In this document: positions 32,481-42,251 of the stretch, one piece after another
Layout: every line of letters starts with the position of its first letter
How positions within the stretch are numbered: position 1 is the stretch's first letter
Source: an uncultured delta proteobacterium
GTDB taxonomy: Bacteria; Desulfobacterota; Binatia; UBA9968
Length of the DNA: 64,000 nucleotides
Direction: 5' to 3'
NCBI GenBank assembly: GCA_963804165.1
Contig: CAWDPO010000014.1
Span: 32,001 to 96,000 of the forward strand
Made by a program: the position numbers and the translations under genes
Notes under the pieces: generated by a model
Databases searched by the model: none
What the model was told of the DNA's origin: nothing
What the model saw: only the letters and a program-made list of their open reading frames with translations

Positions 32481-34367
32481 CTATAGCTCGCGATCCTGTG
32501 TGGATTGATAAACAACTACACGGTCGCGGCCGGCGTTCTTGGCGGCGTACAGGGCCACGTCTGCCGCCCGCAATAATTCACTTGGGTCGGCGGTGTCATC
32601 ACCCGCCTGCGCAACGCCCGCCGACGCAGTCAGAGCGCTGAGCACTTGTTCGCCGTGGGGAATCTGCAGTTCCTTGATTTGCGTCCGAATCTGTTCCACG
32701 CGTTGCTGGGCATCGGCAATGGATGAGTCGGGCAGCACGAGGACAAACTCCTCCCCGCCGTAGCGGCACGAGATGTCGCTTTTGCGCAATTTTCCACGCA
32801 ACAGTCGTCCCAACTCGCGCAACAGCGAGTCACCCGCATCGTGGCCGTAAGTATCGTTGAAGCGCTTGAAGTCGTCTAGATCGAGCATCGCCACACAGAG
32901 CGGCGCATGGGCGCGCCGGGCACGATGCAGCTCGCGCGGCAGGGTTTCTTCAAGATAGCGCCGGTTAAATAGCCCGGTCAGCGGATCGTGAATCGCCTCT
33001 GCCCGCAGCTCCTCTCGCAATTTCAGGTTGGACAAAGATAGCTTGATCGATTCGCTCACCGTCGCGGCCAACTGGAGCTGGCTAACTTGGTGTTTACTCC
33101 TTTTGGCGGGAGCGCCGACGAGACAAAAAACTCCCAACATTTCGCCCTGCACGGTCAACGGCACGCACAGGTAGCTAGTCTCCGGTTGGCTGACAAAATG
33201 ACGGCACAACAAGCCGGCCTGCGGATCGACGACTTCATGCAGTTGGCCACGGCGCAGTGCCCAACAATCCTCCAGTGAAAAGATCGACTCGCCGAGCGGC
33301 CGCTCGCCCCAGCGCGCAACCATTTCAAGATACTGACCCGACGCATGCAGAACCGCCAGGCATCCGGCCTGCCCGTCAAAGAGCTCGCCGGCGGCGAGGC
33401 CAACCACCTTGTAAGCTTCTTCCTGAGTGGTGCAGCTCTGCAGGAGATCGTCCATGCTGATGAGCGCCTGCATTTCACTGTCACGCCGCTGCAGTTCAGC
33501 AACCAATGCCATCAACTCCTCATTGGTTTTTCGTACGCTTTCCGTTGCCAGTTTGGGGGCCGTGACGTCGCGCACAATGGCGATTACCATGCTGCCGCTT
33601 TCCGTAGTCATCGGACTCAGCATAATGTCTACAGGGAATTCGCTCTTGTCTTTGCGCTGACCGAACAGTTCCAAACCGACTCCCATGGGTCGCATGCGCG
33701 GATCGGCAATGTAGCCGGTGATGTGTTTGACGTGCCGTTCTCTAAACCGTTCGGGAATCAAGAACTCCACAGGTTTGTCCTGCAGCTCGTTACGACTGTA
33801 ACCGAAAATAGACTCGACCTGAGCATTCATCTCGGTAATTTTTCCATGACGGTCGATCACCGCGATGGCGTCGGGAAACGACTCATACAGCCCCCTGGCG
33901 ATTTCAGCAAATCTGACGTCGGTGAGATCCCGGGTGATCAGCGAAAAACCCGCCAGTATTCCTTTCGCGCGCCGCATTGCGGTGATGAGCACATTGGCAA
34001 AAAAGCGCGAGCCGTCTTTGCGGACGCGCCAGGCCTGTTCTTCGTGGCGACCTTCGGACGCCGCAGTCTTGAGGACAAAGTCCGGCCGGCGGCGCTGAAT
34101 GTCTTCGGCGGGATAAAAACAGGAGAAGTGTTTGCCGAGAATCTCATCTTGCAGATAACCCGTAAGCCGCTCGGCGCCAATGTTCCAACTCGCCACGCGT
34201 CCCCGAGGATCGAGCGAGCAGACGGCGTAGTCCTTCGCGTTTTCGATAAGAAGACGAAGAGGCTCATTGCCTCCTTGCGCCGCTGTCTTTGTCCGCCGTA
34301 ACAAAGTTGGCAACGCTGGCGCTTTGTTGACTCCTTTGTCCGATGGCTTTTTCTTTCGCGGTTTCAC
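32481..34367 (-). CDS. PAS-PAS-GAF-GGDEF diguanylate cyclase
   Basis: Two PAS/PAC domains (RKDGSRF, RKDKSEFPV), DPLTGLFNRR, DLDDFKRFND, RYGGEEF. Confidence 0.9.
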   Translation of the reverse strand: MKPRKKKPSDKGVNKAPALPTLLRRTKTAAQGGNEPLRLLIENAKDYAVCSLDPRGRVASWNIGAERLTGYLQDEILGKHFSCFYPAEDIQRRRPDFVLKTAASEGRHEEQAWRVRKDGSRFFANVLITAMRRAKGILAGFSLITRDLTDVRFAEIARGLYESFPDAIAVIDRHGKITEMNAQVESIFGYSRNELQDKPVEFLIPERFRERHVKHITGYIADPRMRPMGVGLELFGQRKDKSEFPVDIMLSPMTTESGSMVIAIVRDVTAPKLATESVRKTNEELMALVAELQRRDSEMQALISMDDLLQSCTTQEEAYKVVGLAAGELFDGQAGCLAVLHASGQYLEMVARWGERPLGESIFSLEDCWALRRGQLHEVVDPQAGLLCRHFVSQPETSYLCVPLTVQGEMLGVFCLVGAPAKRSKHQVSQLQLAATVSESIKLSLSNLKLREELRAEAIHDPLTGLFNRRYLEETLPRELHRARRAHAPLCVAMLDLDDFKRFNDTYGHDAGDSLLRELGRLLRGKLRKSDISCRYGGEEFVLVLPDSSIADAQQRVEQIRTQIKELQIPHGEQVLSALTASAGVAQAGDDTADPSELLRAADVALYAAKNAGRDRVVVYQSTQDREL

Positions 34368-34561
34368 GTTCGATTTCCTTCGGTCATCGATTTTACATTT
34401 CTAGCAGAAGACGATTCTGTTTCCGAGTGCCGATTTAAAAAACCGGGACGCAAACAACGGCCAATCGGCACGCCTTGAACGCAGACGGTCATCTGAGATA
34501 GCTATAAGCAATTAGTGATTCGAAGGTTAGCATAGCTTTCAAGGAGTGAGGAAACAGGAAA

Positions 34562-35600
34562 ATGGCGGACGAACACAAACACGAACACAAAGGCGAGCAC
34601 GCGCACGACCACAAGCAAGATCACGGCCACGAGCACGGTCATTCCCATGGGCCCGACGACCAACATACGCACGCGCCCGATCACGGCCATTCGCACGATC
34701 GCGGCCAGTCCCATGACCACGGCCATGATCACGATCATTCGCATGAACACGCGCATGGTCACGAGCACGAGCACGAACACGGCTCCTCCCACGGTCATAG
34801 CCACGATCACAAGACGCGTTTTCACGATCCGGCGCACGCCGCCGAATTCGATCGGCGAGCGCTGTCGGGCATCCGCAGTTCGTTGACGGAGAAGTTAATC
34901 GAAATGTTAACCCTTAAAGGCGGCGAGCTCGTGCTCGATCTTGCAACGGGCACCGGAAGGGTCGCACGGCCGCTGTCCAAACATATGAAAGGTGGTCGCA
35001 TCGTCGGCGTAGATCAGGCGCTGGCGATGCTCGACGTCGGTCACCAGCACGAGGATGCGATTCCGCACTACAATCAGAGCGCCGGCGAGGCCGATAAGTT
35101 GCCCTTCAAAACCAACACTTTCGATCGCGCGTTTCGTCTCGTTTAGCCTGCATCATTTCAGCAATCCGTCGGGTGTCGTCGGCGAAGTGCTGCGCGTGCT
35201 CAAGAACAGCGGTCGCTTCGTGGTGCTCGATCCGATCATCGAAGAGGCGAAAGACGCCGTCGATATCGCACTCGAAACGAAGATCAATCAAGTTTTTCGC
35301 CGCACCCACGGCGATGATTTCCGCTTCCACACATCGAGCAGCATTCAGCGCTTGCTGACCAAAGCCGGTTACCGCGTGCCGCGCTGCAACGTGCTTTCTT
35401 TCTCCTTCAATCAAGAAGGCATGGACGGCATCCCCACCGGGCGCCACTGGCTCGAAGCCGCGCTGGAACTGGAAAAAGAAGCGCCGGAGCTCGCCGAGCG
35501 CATGAAGAAAAACTATTTCACCTGGCACGCCCACGGCGACCATGTGCACGTGAAGGGCGCGTTTTCTTACGCGTTAATCACAGGCGTCAAGCCGGCTTAA
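34562..35600 (+). CDS. Class I SAM-dependent methyltransferase with a His-rich N-terminal extension (apparent frameshift near 35140)
   Basis: About 30 His in the first ~85 aa; VLDLATGTG motif I; continues as FSLHHFSNP...VLRVLKNSGRFVVLD. Confidence 0.8.
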
Positions 35601-35607
35601 AAAGACT

Positions 35608-35631
35608 GTAGGGGCGCAGCATGCTGCGCCC
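35608..35631. repeat. GTAG-REP-like palindrome (second copy at 41564-41586)
   Basis: GTAG followed by the perfect 20-bp palindrome GGGCGCAGCATGCTGCGCCC; the second copy has an 18-bp palindrome. Confidence 0.75.
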
Positions 35632-35652
35632 TCTGATTAGGAGAGCGATGAC

Positions 35653-35913
35653 GTGAAGAAAGCCGACTTCCGAACTTTCTACCGCGACGCGCATGCCGTC
35701 GAATGCCTAACCGAGCGCGAGAAGATGCTCATCGGTCTCACTGTCGCCATGATGCGGCTCTGCGATCCGTGAGTGGATAGGCGCCTTGCGGACGCAAGGA
35801 AAGCGGGGATGACGGAAGAAGAGCTTGATGCGGCAGTGGATGTGATCGCCGCGGTGGATGCGGGCGTGCTGCAGTCGTTGAACCAGAGGATCAAAGCGAG
35901 GAACAAGGGGTAA
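35653..35913 (+). CDS. Putative selenoprotein, CMD/AhpD-like with CxxU (copy 1, 86 aa)
   Basis: AGGAG RBS and GTG start; MKKADFRTFYRDAHAVECLTEREKMLIGLTVAMMRLCDP-TGA(35770-72)-VDRRLADARKAGMTEEELDAAVDVIAAVDAGVLQSLNQRIKARNKG*; CMD-like pattern continues across the TGA; SECIS-like hairpin downstream. Confidence 0.82.
35784..35799 (+). promoter_or_regulatory. Putative bacterial SECIS hairpin
   Basis: CCTTGC-GGAC-GCAAGG, 11 nt after the in-frame UGA, G-initiated loop; identical in copies 2 and 4, one mismatch in copy 6. Confidence 0.72.
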
Positions 35914-35956
35914 CTCCCGCAGCCGCCGAGGACCACCTGGGTGGTACAAAGCCGGT

Positions 35957-36101
35957 GCTACCGAGACACTGAACAGCGTTTTCAACCAAGCTGGTCAGAA
36001 TATGCGCGAGGCAATCGAGTCCGATCTTGAAGGCTCGCGGCACGACTAAAGCGTTCTCACGCCCGAGCTCGTATTCCACCTACATTGACGTAACTGTTTA
36101 A
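35957..36101 (+). pseudogene. Collapsed hicA/hicB toxin-antitoxin remnant
   Basis: TLNSVFNQAG (HicA C-terminus-like) fused to NMREAIESDLEG...SSYSTYIDVTV* (HicB C-terminus-like); stop lies in GTTTAAC. Confidence 0.55.
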
Positions 36102-36107
36102 CCTCCG

Positions 36108-36260
36108 TTGTCGGGGTTGGTAGAGGGCTGGGGCGAATACCCGAAGGGCAATGATGAGCCGAGAATTCGGGCTACGTTACTTCGAGGAATTCGTACCGGT
36201 CAGCCGGCGGGCAGCGACCAGTTTATCGAAGTGATTGAACAGTTAGAGGTCGTGGTCTAA
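36108..36260 (+). pseudogene. C-terminal fragment resembling a Y1 (IS200/RAYT-like) transposase
   Basis: LSGLVEGWGEY...LLRGIRTGQPAGSDQFIEVIEQL recalls the RTGRPxGxxxF tail of Y1 transposases; no HUH motif remains; recognised from memory. Confidence 0.45.
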
Positions 36261-36340
36261 TAATGCGCACAGCCAGGCGCCTACTGAAATGCATCATGAG
36301 AAATTAGTATTATGCCCCGGAATTCTCGCCACAACTCAAC

Positions 36341-39300
36341 ATGAGTGAACTTAAGAGACACCCTGCCAAGCTGCCGCCGGAGCAGGCGGCGCTCCGAGCG
36401 AAGTGTTTTCACCCGTCGGGGACATTTGTCGAGTTTCCAATCGAAGACGTTGAGACATCAATCCCCGCCCGGTTTGAGAAGATCGTACGCAAATATCCCG
36501 ACCGAATCGCGATCAAATCAGCAAATCAACTGCTCACTTACACCGAGCTCAACTCCCAAGCCAATCGAATAGCCCACGCGATTGTAGATCAGCAAGGAGA
36601 TGAGGCGGAACCGATCGCGGTATTGCTTGAAAGCGCGATGACGTTGATGGCAGCGACAATCGGGGTTTTAAAGGCTGGGAAATTTGTTGCGCTTCTGGAT
36701 GCTTCCTTCCCGGATTCGCGTAATGCGGCCATATTGGAGGATTCTCAAGCGCAAGTGGTGATCACCAACCGAAAAAATGCTCCGCTAGTTAACAGAATCA
36801 CAAACCGTGATTGTCGATTGATGGATTTCGAATCCGCCAATTCGGGAACTTCGGACGATGACCTGTGGTTATCTGTCTCACCGAACGCGCTCGCATTCCT
36901 TGTGTATACGTCCGGTTCCACTGGACAGCCCAAAGGCGTCATGCAGGATCATCGGAGTCGCTTGCATCAATATAAGTGGAGTACAAACACGAATCACATT
37001 TGCGAACACGATCGGGCGAGCCTTCTGACTTCCGGTACGTCCAGTTCGGTGGTTGTTAGTCTTAGGACCTTGCTTAATGGTGCGATGCTTCTTCCATTTG
37101 ATATTCGTAGGAGAGGAGTCGACAATCTCGCCGGCTGGCTCTTGGGCGAGAAAATTTCCGTTTGCGTAATCAGCTCGCCACTTTTCCGCAGCCTTTGCGA
37201 AAGCCTAACGGGAAAGGAAGGATTTCCCGATCTTCGCCTCATCCGGTTGAGTAGCGAAACAGCTTATAAGAATGATTTTTGTCTTTATAAGAAATTTTTC
37301 CCCCCAGAATGCCTTCTTACCAATGGGTTATCCCCCACTGAAGCTGGAGCGTTGACAGACTATTTCATGGACCAAGAGACAGAGATTCCCGGTGACGAGA
37401 TACCCGTGGGTTATCCCTTGGAAGATATAGACATTTTGTTACTGGATGACCAGGGCAAGGAGGTTGGCTTCAATCAGGTGGGCGAGATAGCCGTGAAAAG
37501 TCGTTATCTCTCGTCGGGCTATTGGCGAAGGCCAGCGCTTACCGAAGCCAAATTTAGACGCGCTCTCGACGGCAAGGACAGCCGTCTTTATCTCACCGGT
37601 GATTTGGGACTTATGCTTCCTGACAGTTGTCTCCTTCACAGGGGACGCAAGGATTTCCGAGTGAAGGTCCGGGGCTATGGGGTCGAGATGGCGGAAGTAG
37701 AGACTGTTCTCCGGGATCATGCGGCCATCAATGACGGAGTTGTGGTGGCGCGCCCAAATGAATCGGGTGAGGCTCGTTTGGTTGCTTATTTTACTTCTCC
37801 CCGGAGGCCCGGCCCCAGCGTGAGCGAGTTGCGCCGTTTCTTGCAAGAGAAGCTTCCCGACTACATGATCCCGTCGGCCTTTGTGAGGCTAGACGCGATA
37901 CCTTTGACTCCAAATGGCAAGGTAGACCGAGAAGCGCTTCCCGACCCGAAAAACTCAAGACCTAGTCTCAATGCTCCGCCCGTCGCACCGCGGACTTCCA
38001 AGGAGGAGAAATTAGCAAAGATTTGGGCGAAGGAGCTGCACATCGATCAGATAGGAGTTCATGACAATTTTTTCGATTTAGGCGGCCATTCTCTATTAGC
38101 AATGCGAGTCATCTCGCAGGTTCGCGACCATCTACAGGCTGAATTGTCCCTGATTCAGTTTTTTGAAAGTCCGACTGTGGCTGCTCTCGCCGCTCGAATT
38201 GAACCGGCTCGTTCACCGCAGGACGGGACACCGGCTCCTTTTATACAGCCCGCTTCAAGGGACGGAAAACTCCTTCTTTCTTTTGCCCAACAGAGGCTAT
38301 GGTTCATGCACCAGCTCGACCCAGAAAGCTGTGCGTACAACCTGTTTTCTGCAACTCAGCTCACGGGCCGACTCAACGTGACGGCGTTGGAGCAGAGTTT
38401 CAACGAGATCATTGGGCGCCACGAGGCCTTGCATACCGTCTTTAGGTCGGTCAACGGACAGCCGTTCCAAGTTGTTCTCCCAGCTCTGACTATCAACCTT
38501 CCTGTCGTGGAATTGCGAGATATCGTTTCTCCGGCTGAGCGAGACGCGGAGCGTCGCCGCCTTTGCGCTGAGGAGGCCCGGCGACCCTTCGATCTGGCCA
38601 ACGGCCCTTTGCTACGGGCCACTTTACTAAGATCGACCGACGAAACGTACGTTCTGCTGCTGGTCCTACACCATATTATTTTCGATGGTTGGTCTAGAGC
38701 AGTCTTAGATCAAGAAATTTCCATAGCCTACGAGGCCTTGTCCTGCGGCCAATCTCCATCGCTGCCCGTGTTGCCGCTTCAGTATGCAGACTTTGCTCAA
38801 TGGCAGCGCCAGCAGCTACACGGCGAGGCGCTCGAAGGGCAACTGGCCTACTGGAAAAAGCAGCTTGAAACGCTCTCAATTTTGCAGTTGCCGAGTGATC
38901 GGCCACGACCAGCGATTCAAACTTCTAGAGGCGCAAGACAATCTTTCACGCTGCCCGAAGAACTCGTCGCGGGACTCAAAATGTTTGGGCGCCAGGAGGG
39001 CGCCACTCTTTTCATGACGTTGCTAGCGGCCTATCTGACATTGCTGGGCCGTTACACGGGGCAGAACGATATCGCGATTGGGGCTCCCATCTCCGGCCGG
39101 AACCGTAGCGAGTTCGAAAGTTTAATCGGGCTCTTTCTTAACATGTTGGTCCTGCGCACCGACTTGTCTGGCAATCCAACCTTTCGAGAGCTGCTCTCTC
39201 GCGCCCGAAAGGTTTGCCTGGAAGCTTATGCGAACCAGGATGTCCCTTTTGAAGAACTCGTCCAAGAACTGCAGCCGCTACGCAGTCTAAGTCACAATCC

Positions 39301-41473
39301 ACTATTTCAAGTAACCTTTGCGCTACAGAATAGCCCAACGAGCCTTCTCAAGCTGACCGGTATGACCGCACGAGATCTTAATCTGGGGTCAGGAATAGCA
39401 ACTTTTGATTTACACCTGTTCATGGTCGAGGAGGAGACAACCTTGAGCGGTTGGTTGGTTTATAACACGGATCTGTTTGATGCCGCGTCGATCGCCCGGA
39501 TGGTCAGGCATTTTCAAATGATACTGGAAGGCGTCGTCGCTAATCCCGACCAGCATATCTCGGATCTACCGCTACTCACGGAGGCCGAAAAGCATCAACT
39601 TTTGGTGGAGTGGTGCGATAGAAGGGAAGAATACACAAAAGACAGGTGTCTGCACCAGCGGTTTGAGGAGCAGGTAGTGCGTACGCCTGAGGCCCTCGCC
39701 GTGGTCTTTGAAGATCAGCAATTGACCTACCGAGAATTGAACCGGTCCGCAAATCGCATAGCGCGTCGATTGCAAGGACTGGGAGTTGGGCCTGATGTTC
39801 TGGTCGGCCTGTACGTCGAACGATCCATCGAGTTGATCATCGGCGTTCTGGGAATTCTCAAAGCCGGCGGGGCCTATGTTCCGTTCGACCCCAGTTATCC
39901 AGCGGATCGAGTAGAGTTCATGCTGAGAGATGCCGACGTATCGGTGCTGCTGACGCAGAAGCACCTGTCCACTCAATTACCTGCATGCGATTCCGCAGTG
40001 GTATACCTTGATGCGGAACATTTGAAAAATTCGTCCGACGACGCGAATGAAGCAGATCTTGAAAGCAGTGCCAAGCCGGATGATTTGGCATACGTGATCT
40101 ACACTTCCGGCTCTACCGGCAAGCCCAACGGCGTGTTGATCACGCATCGTAGTGCTGGCGCTTTTCTCAATTGGGCTCACAGCGCGTTTACCCAAGAAGA
40201 TTTCGCCGGCGTCATTGCATCGACCTCGATTTGCTTTGACTTATCCGTGTTTGAAATTTTTGCTCCGCTTACAGCCGGCGGGCAGGTTATCCTGGTTGAA
40301 AACGCTTTGGCGCTAGCCCACGTGGACGAGGCAGTGGCGCCAACTTTAGTGAACACGGTGCCGTCGGTCATGGCCGAGCTGTTGCGCCTTGGCGGGTTGC
40401 CGAAGTCGATTCGCACCGTGAATCTGGCCGGCGAGCCACTTAAGGCGAGCCTGGTTCGGCAGATCCATCAACAAACTTCCGCACAGCAGGTCTATGATCT
40501 TTATGGACCGTCGGAGACCACGACGTACTCGACTTACACGCAGAGAACGGCCGATGGTGCTCAAACGATTGGCCGTCCGATCGCCAACACGCAAATCTAT
40601 ATCCTGGATCCGCATGGGAATCCCGCGCCGATCGGCATACCGGGAGAGATTTACATTGGCGGGACGGGTTTAGCGCGCGGCTATTTGAATCGTCCTGAGC
40701 TGACTGCGGAGAAATTCATTGCCAATCCGTTCAGCACCGAGCGCGGGGCAAGGCTTTACAGGACCGGAGATTCAGCGCGGTATTTACCCGACGGAAATAT
40801 CGAGTTCCGCGGGCGCCTGGACAACCAAGTCAAGATCCGGGGATTTCGCATTGAGCTAGGGGAGATCGAAGCCGTGCTCAGTCAACACTCCAGACTCCGA
40901 GAGGCTGTCGTGCTCGTTAGAGAAGACAATCCTGGCGAGAAGCAGTTAGTGGCCTATACCGTCGCCGCTGCCGGCTTCATGCCTTCGGTCAATGAACTGC
41001 GCGCCTTTCTACAGCAGAAACTCCCGGAATACATGGTACCGTCCGCGTTTGTCATGCTCGTCAGCCTTCCATTTACTCCCAACGGTAAGGTGGACCGAAA
41101 GGCACTACCCGCACCACACCAAACCAGGCCTGAGCTGGAGGAAACTTTCGTCGCTCCGCGGACACCGACCGAGCAAACGCTCGTCGCAATATGGGGCAAA
41201 GTGCTCAAACTCGAAAAGGTCGGCATCCACGACAACTTCTTCGAGTTGGGAGGACATTCGTTACTTGCCACGCAAGTCATGTCCCGAATACGCAGTGCTT
41301 TTTCCATCGACCTGCCGCTACGCCGCATGTTCGAATCGCCAACGGTGGCGGAAATTGCGGTCATTATAACAGAAAGCCGAGCACAGCCTGTGAGCGAAGC
41401 AGCGTTTGCGCGTATGTTGTCTGAGGTAGAAGTCACGACCGAGGAAGAAGCGGAAAAAATCCTTGCAAAATAG
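36341..41473 (+). CDS. Non-ribosomal peptide synthetase, A-T-C-A-T, no thioesterase
   Basis: Two YTSGSTG A3 motifs, two GGHSL PCP motifs, one HHIIFDG condensation motif; acidic helical C-terminal tail. Confidence 0.93.
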   Translation: MSELKRHPAKLPPEQAALRAKCFHPSGTFVEFPIEDVETSIPARFEKIVRKYPDRIAIKSANQLLTYTELNSQANRIAHAIVDQQGDEAEPIAVLLESAMTLMAATIGVLKAGKFVALLDASFPDSRNAAILEDSQAQVVITNRKNAPLVNRITNRDCRLMDFESANSGTSDDDLWLSVSPNALAFLVYTSGSTGQPKGVMQDHRSRLHQYKWSTNTNHICEHDRASLLTSGTSSSVVVSLRTLLNGAMLLPFDIRRRGVDNLAGWLLGEKISVCVISSPLFRSLCESLTGKEGFPDLRLIRLSSETAYKNDFCLYKKFFPPECLLTNGLSPTEAGALTDYFMDQETEIPGDEIPVGYPLEDIDILLLDDQGKEVGFNQVGEIAVKSRYLSSGYWRRPALTEAKFRRALDGKDSRLYLTGDLGLMLPDSCLLHRGRKDFRVKVRGYGVEMAEVETVLRDHAAINDGVVVARPNESGEARLVAYFTSPRRPGPSVSELRRFLQEKLPDYMIPSAFVRLDAIPLTPNGKVDREALPDPKNSRPSLNAPPVAPRTSKEEKLAKIWAKELHIDQIGVHDNFFDLGGHSLLAMRVISQVRDHLQAELSLIQFFESPTVAALAARIEPARSPQDGTPAPFIQPASRDGKLLLSFAQQRLWFMHQLDPESCAYNLFSATQLTGRLNVTALEQSFNEIIGRHEALHTVFRSVNGQPFQVVLPALTINLPVVELRDIVSPAERDAERRRLCAEEARRPFDLANGPLLRATLLRSTDETYVLLLVLHHIIFDGWSRAVLDQEISIAYEALSCGQSPSLPVLPLQYADFAQWQRQQLHGEALEGQLAYWKKQLETLSILQLPSDRPRPAIQTSRGARQSFTLPEELVAGLKMFGRQEGATLFMTLLAAYLTLLGRYTGQNDIAIGAPISGRNRSEFESLIGLFLNMLVLRTDLSGNPTFRELLSRARKVCLEAYANQDVPFEELVQELQPLRSLSHNPLFQVTFALQNSPTSLLKLTGMTARDLNLGSGIATFDLHLFMVEEETTLSGWLVYNTDLFDAASIARMVRHFQMILEGVVANPDQHISDLPLLTEAEKHQLLVEWCDRREEYTKDRCLHQRFEEQVVRTPEALAVVFEDQQLTYRELNRSANRIARRLQGLGVGPDVLVGLYVERSIELIIGVLGILKAGGAYVPFDPSYPADRVEFMLRDADVSVLLTQKHLSTQLPACDSAVVYLDAEHLKNSSDDANEADLESSAKPDDLAYVIYTSGSTGKPNGVLITHRSAGAFLNWAHSAFTQEDFAGVIASTSICFDLSVFEIFAPLTAGGQVILVENALALAHVDEAVAPTLVNTVPSVMAELLRLGGLPKSIRTVNLAGEPLKASLVRQIHQQTSAQQVYDLYGPSETTTYSTYTQRTADGAQTIGRPIANTQIYILDPHGNPAPIGIPGEIYIGGTGLARGYLNRPELTAEKFIANPFSTERGARLYRTGDSARYLPDGNIEFRGRLDNQVKIRGFRIELGEIEAVLSQHSRLREAVVLVREDNPGEKQLVAYTVAAAGFMPSVNELRAFLQQKLPEYMVPSAFVMLVSLPFTPNGKVDRKALPAPHQTRPELEETFVAPRTPTEQTLVAIWGKVLKLEKVGIHDNFFELGGHSLLATQVMSRIRSAFSIDLPLRRMFESPTVAEIAVIITESRAQPVSEAAFARMLSEVEVTTEEEAEKILAK

Positions 41474-41609
41474 GGGTCAATGAAGAAAGCGATTCTGGCA
41501 CGGGAAGGCGGGGCATCTATTCCAGGGCAAGTGCTCAGTCATGAGTGCTGAGGTTTCGCATCAGTAGCGGCGCAGCATGCTGCGCCTTCTGCGTGACAGG
41601 AGCAATACT

Positions 41610-41924
41610 TTGACGAAAGCCGATTTTCGAACCTTTTATCGTGACGCGCATGCCGTCGAATGCCTAACCGAGCGCGAGAAGATGCTCATCGGTCTCACTG
41701 TCGCCATGATGCGGCTCTGCGATCCGTGAGTGGATAGGCGCCTTGCGGACGCAAGGAAAGCGGGGATGACCGAAGAAGAACTCGACGCGGCGGTCGACGT
41801 GATTGCCGCGGTGGACGCGGGAGTGTTGCGGTCGTTGAATCAGCGGATCAAGCAGAGGGGGCAAAAGCTAAGAATCTACTTGACTGCACCTGCACTACGA
41901 AACCGGTCCCTGAGTCCTGGTTAA
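41610..41924 (+). CDS. Putative CMD/AhpD-like CxxU selenoprotein (copy 2)
   Basis: AGGAG RBS and TTG start; TGA at 41727-29 is again codon 40; same hairpin; C-terminus extended by a different tail. Confidence 0.72.
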
Positions 41925-41966
41925 CCTCTTGACCTCCGTATGCTGGTCCTGTCTTAATCGGTCTCA

Positions 41967-42251
41967 ATGTCCATTAAGTTTGAATGGGATTCTCGTAAAG
42001 CTCGACAAAACCTTCGAAAGCACGGGATAGATTTTGATGAGGCGACCACAGTATTTGCCGATATACTCTCGGTTACGATCCCCGATCCCGATCACTCGGA
42101 GGACGACGAACGCTGGGTGACGATGGGTCTGTCGAATCGCCACCGTCTGCTGGTTGTGGTACATACTGAAGAAGAGGAAACGATCCGGATCATTAGTGTC
42201 CGAGCAGCAGACCGCCTTGAGCGGAGGAAACATGAAGAAGGGGACTCGTAG
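41967..42251 (+). CDS. brnT: BrnT family toxin
   Basis: FEWDSRKARQNLRKHGIDF...IRIISVRAADRLER. Confidence 0.9.
   Translation: MSIKFEWDSRKARQNLRKHGIDFDEATTVFADILSVTIPDPDHSEDDERWVTMGLSNRHRLLVVVHTEEEETIRIISVRAADRLERRKHEEGDS

Noticed and set aside
35770-35772. TGA as a nonsense mutation, sequencing error or alternative genetic code
   Set aside because: It is conserved in five diverged copies, sits in a redox CxxU position with an adjacent hairpin, and TGA serves as a normal stop elsewhere in the window.
35679-35985. Minus-strand ORFs over the repeat copies (35679-35936, 35707-35985, 41664-41864, 45720-45944)
   Set aside because: They are antisense shadows of the selenoprotein gene; the synonymous substitution pattern supports the + frame.
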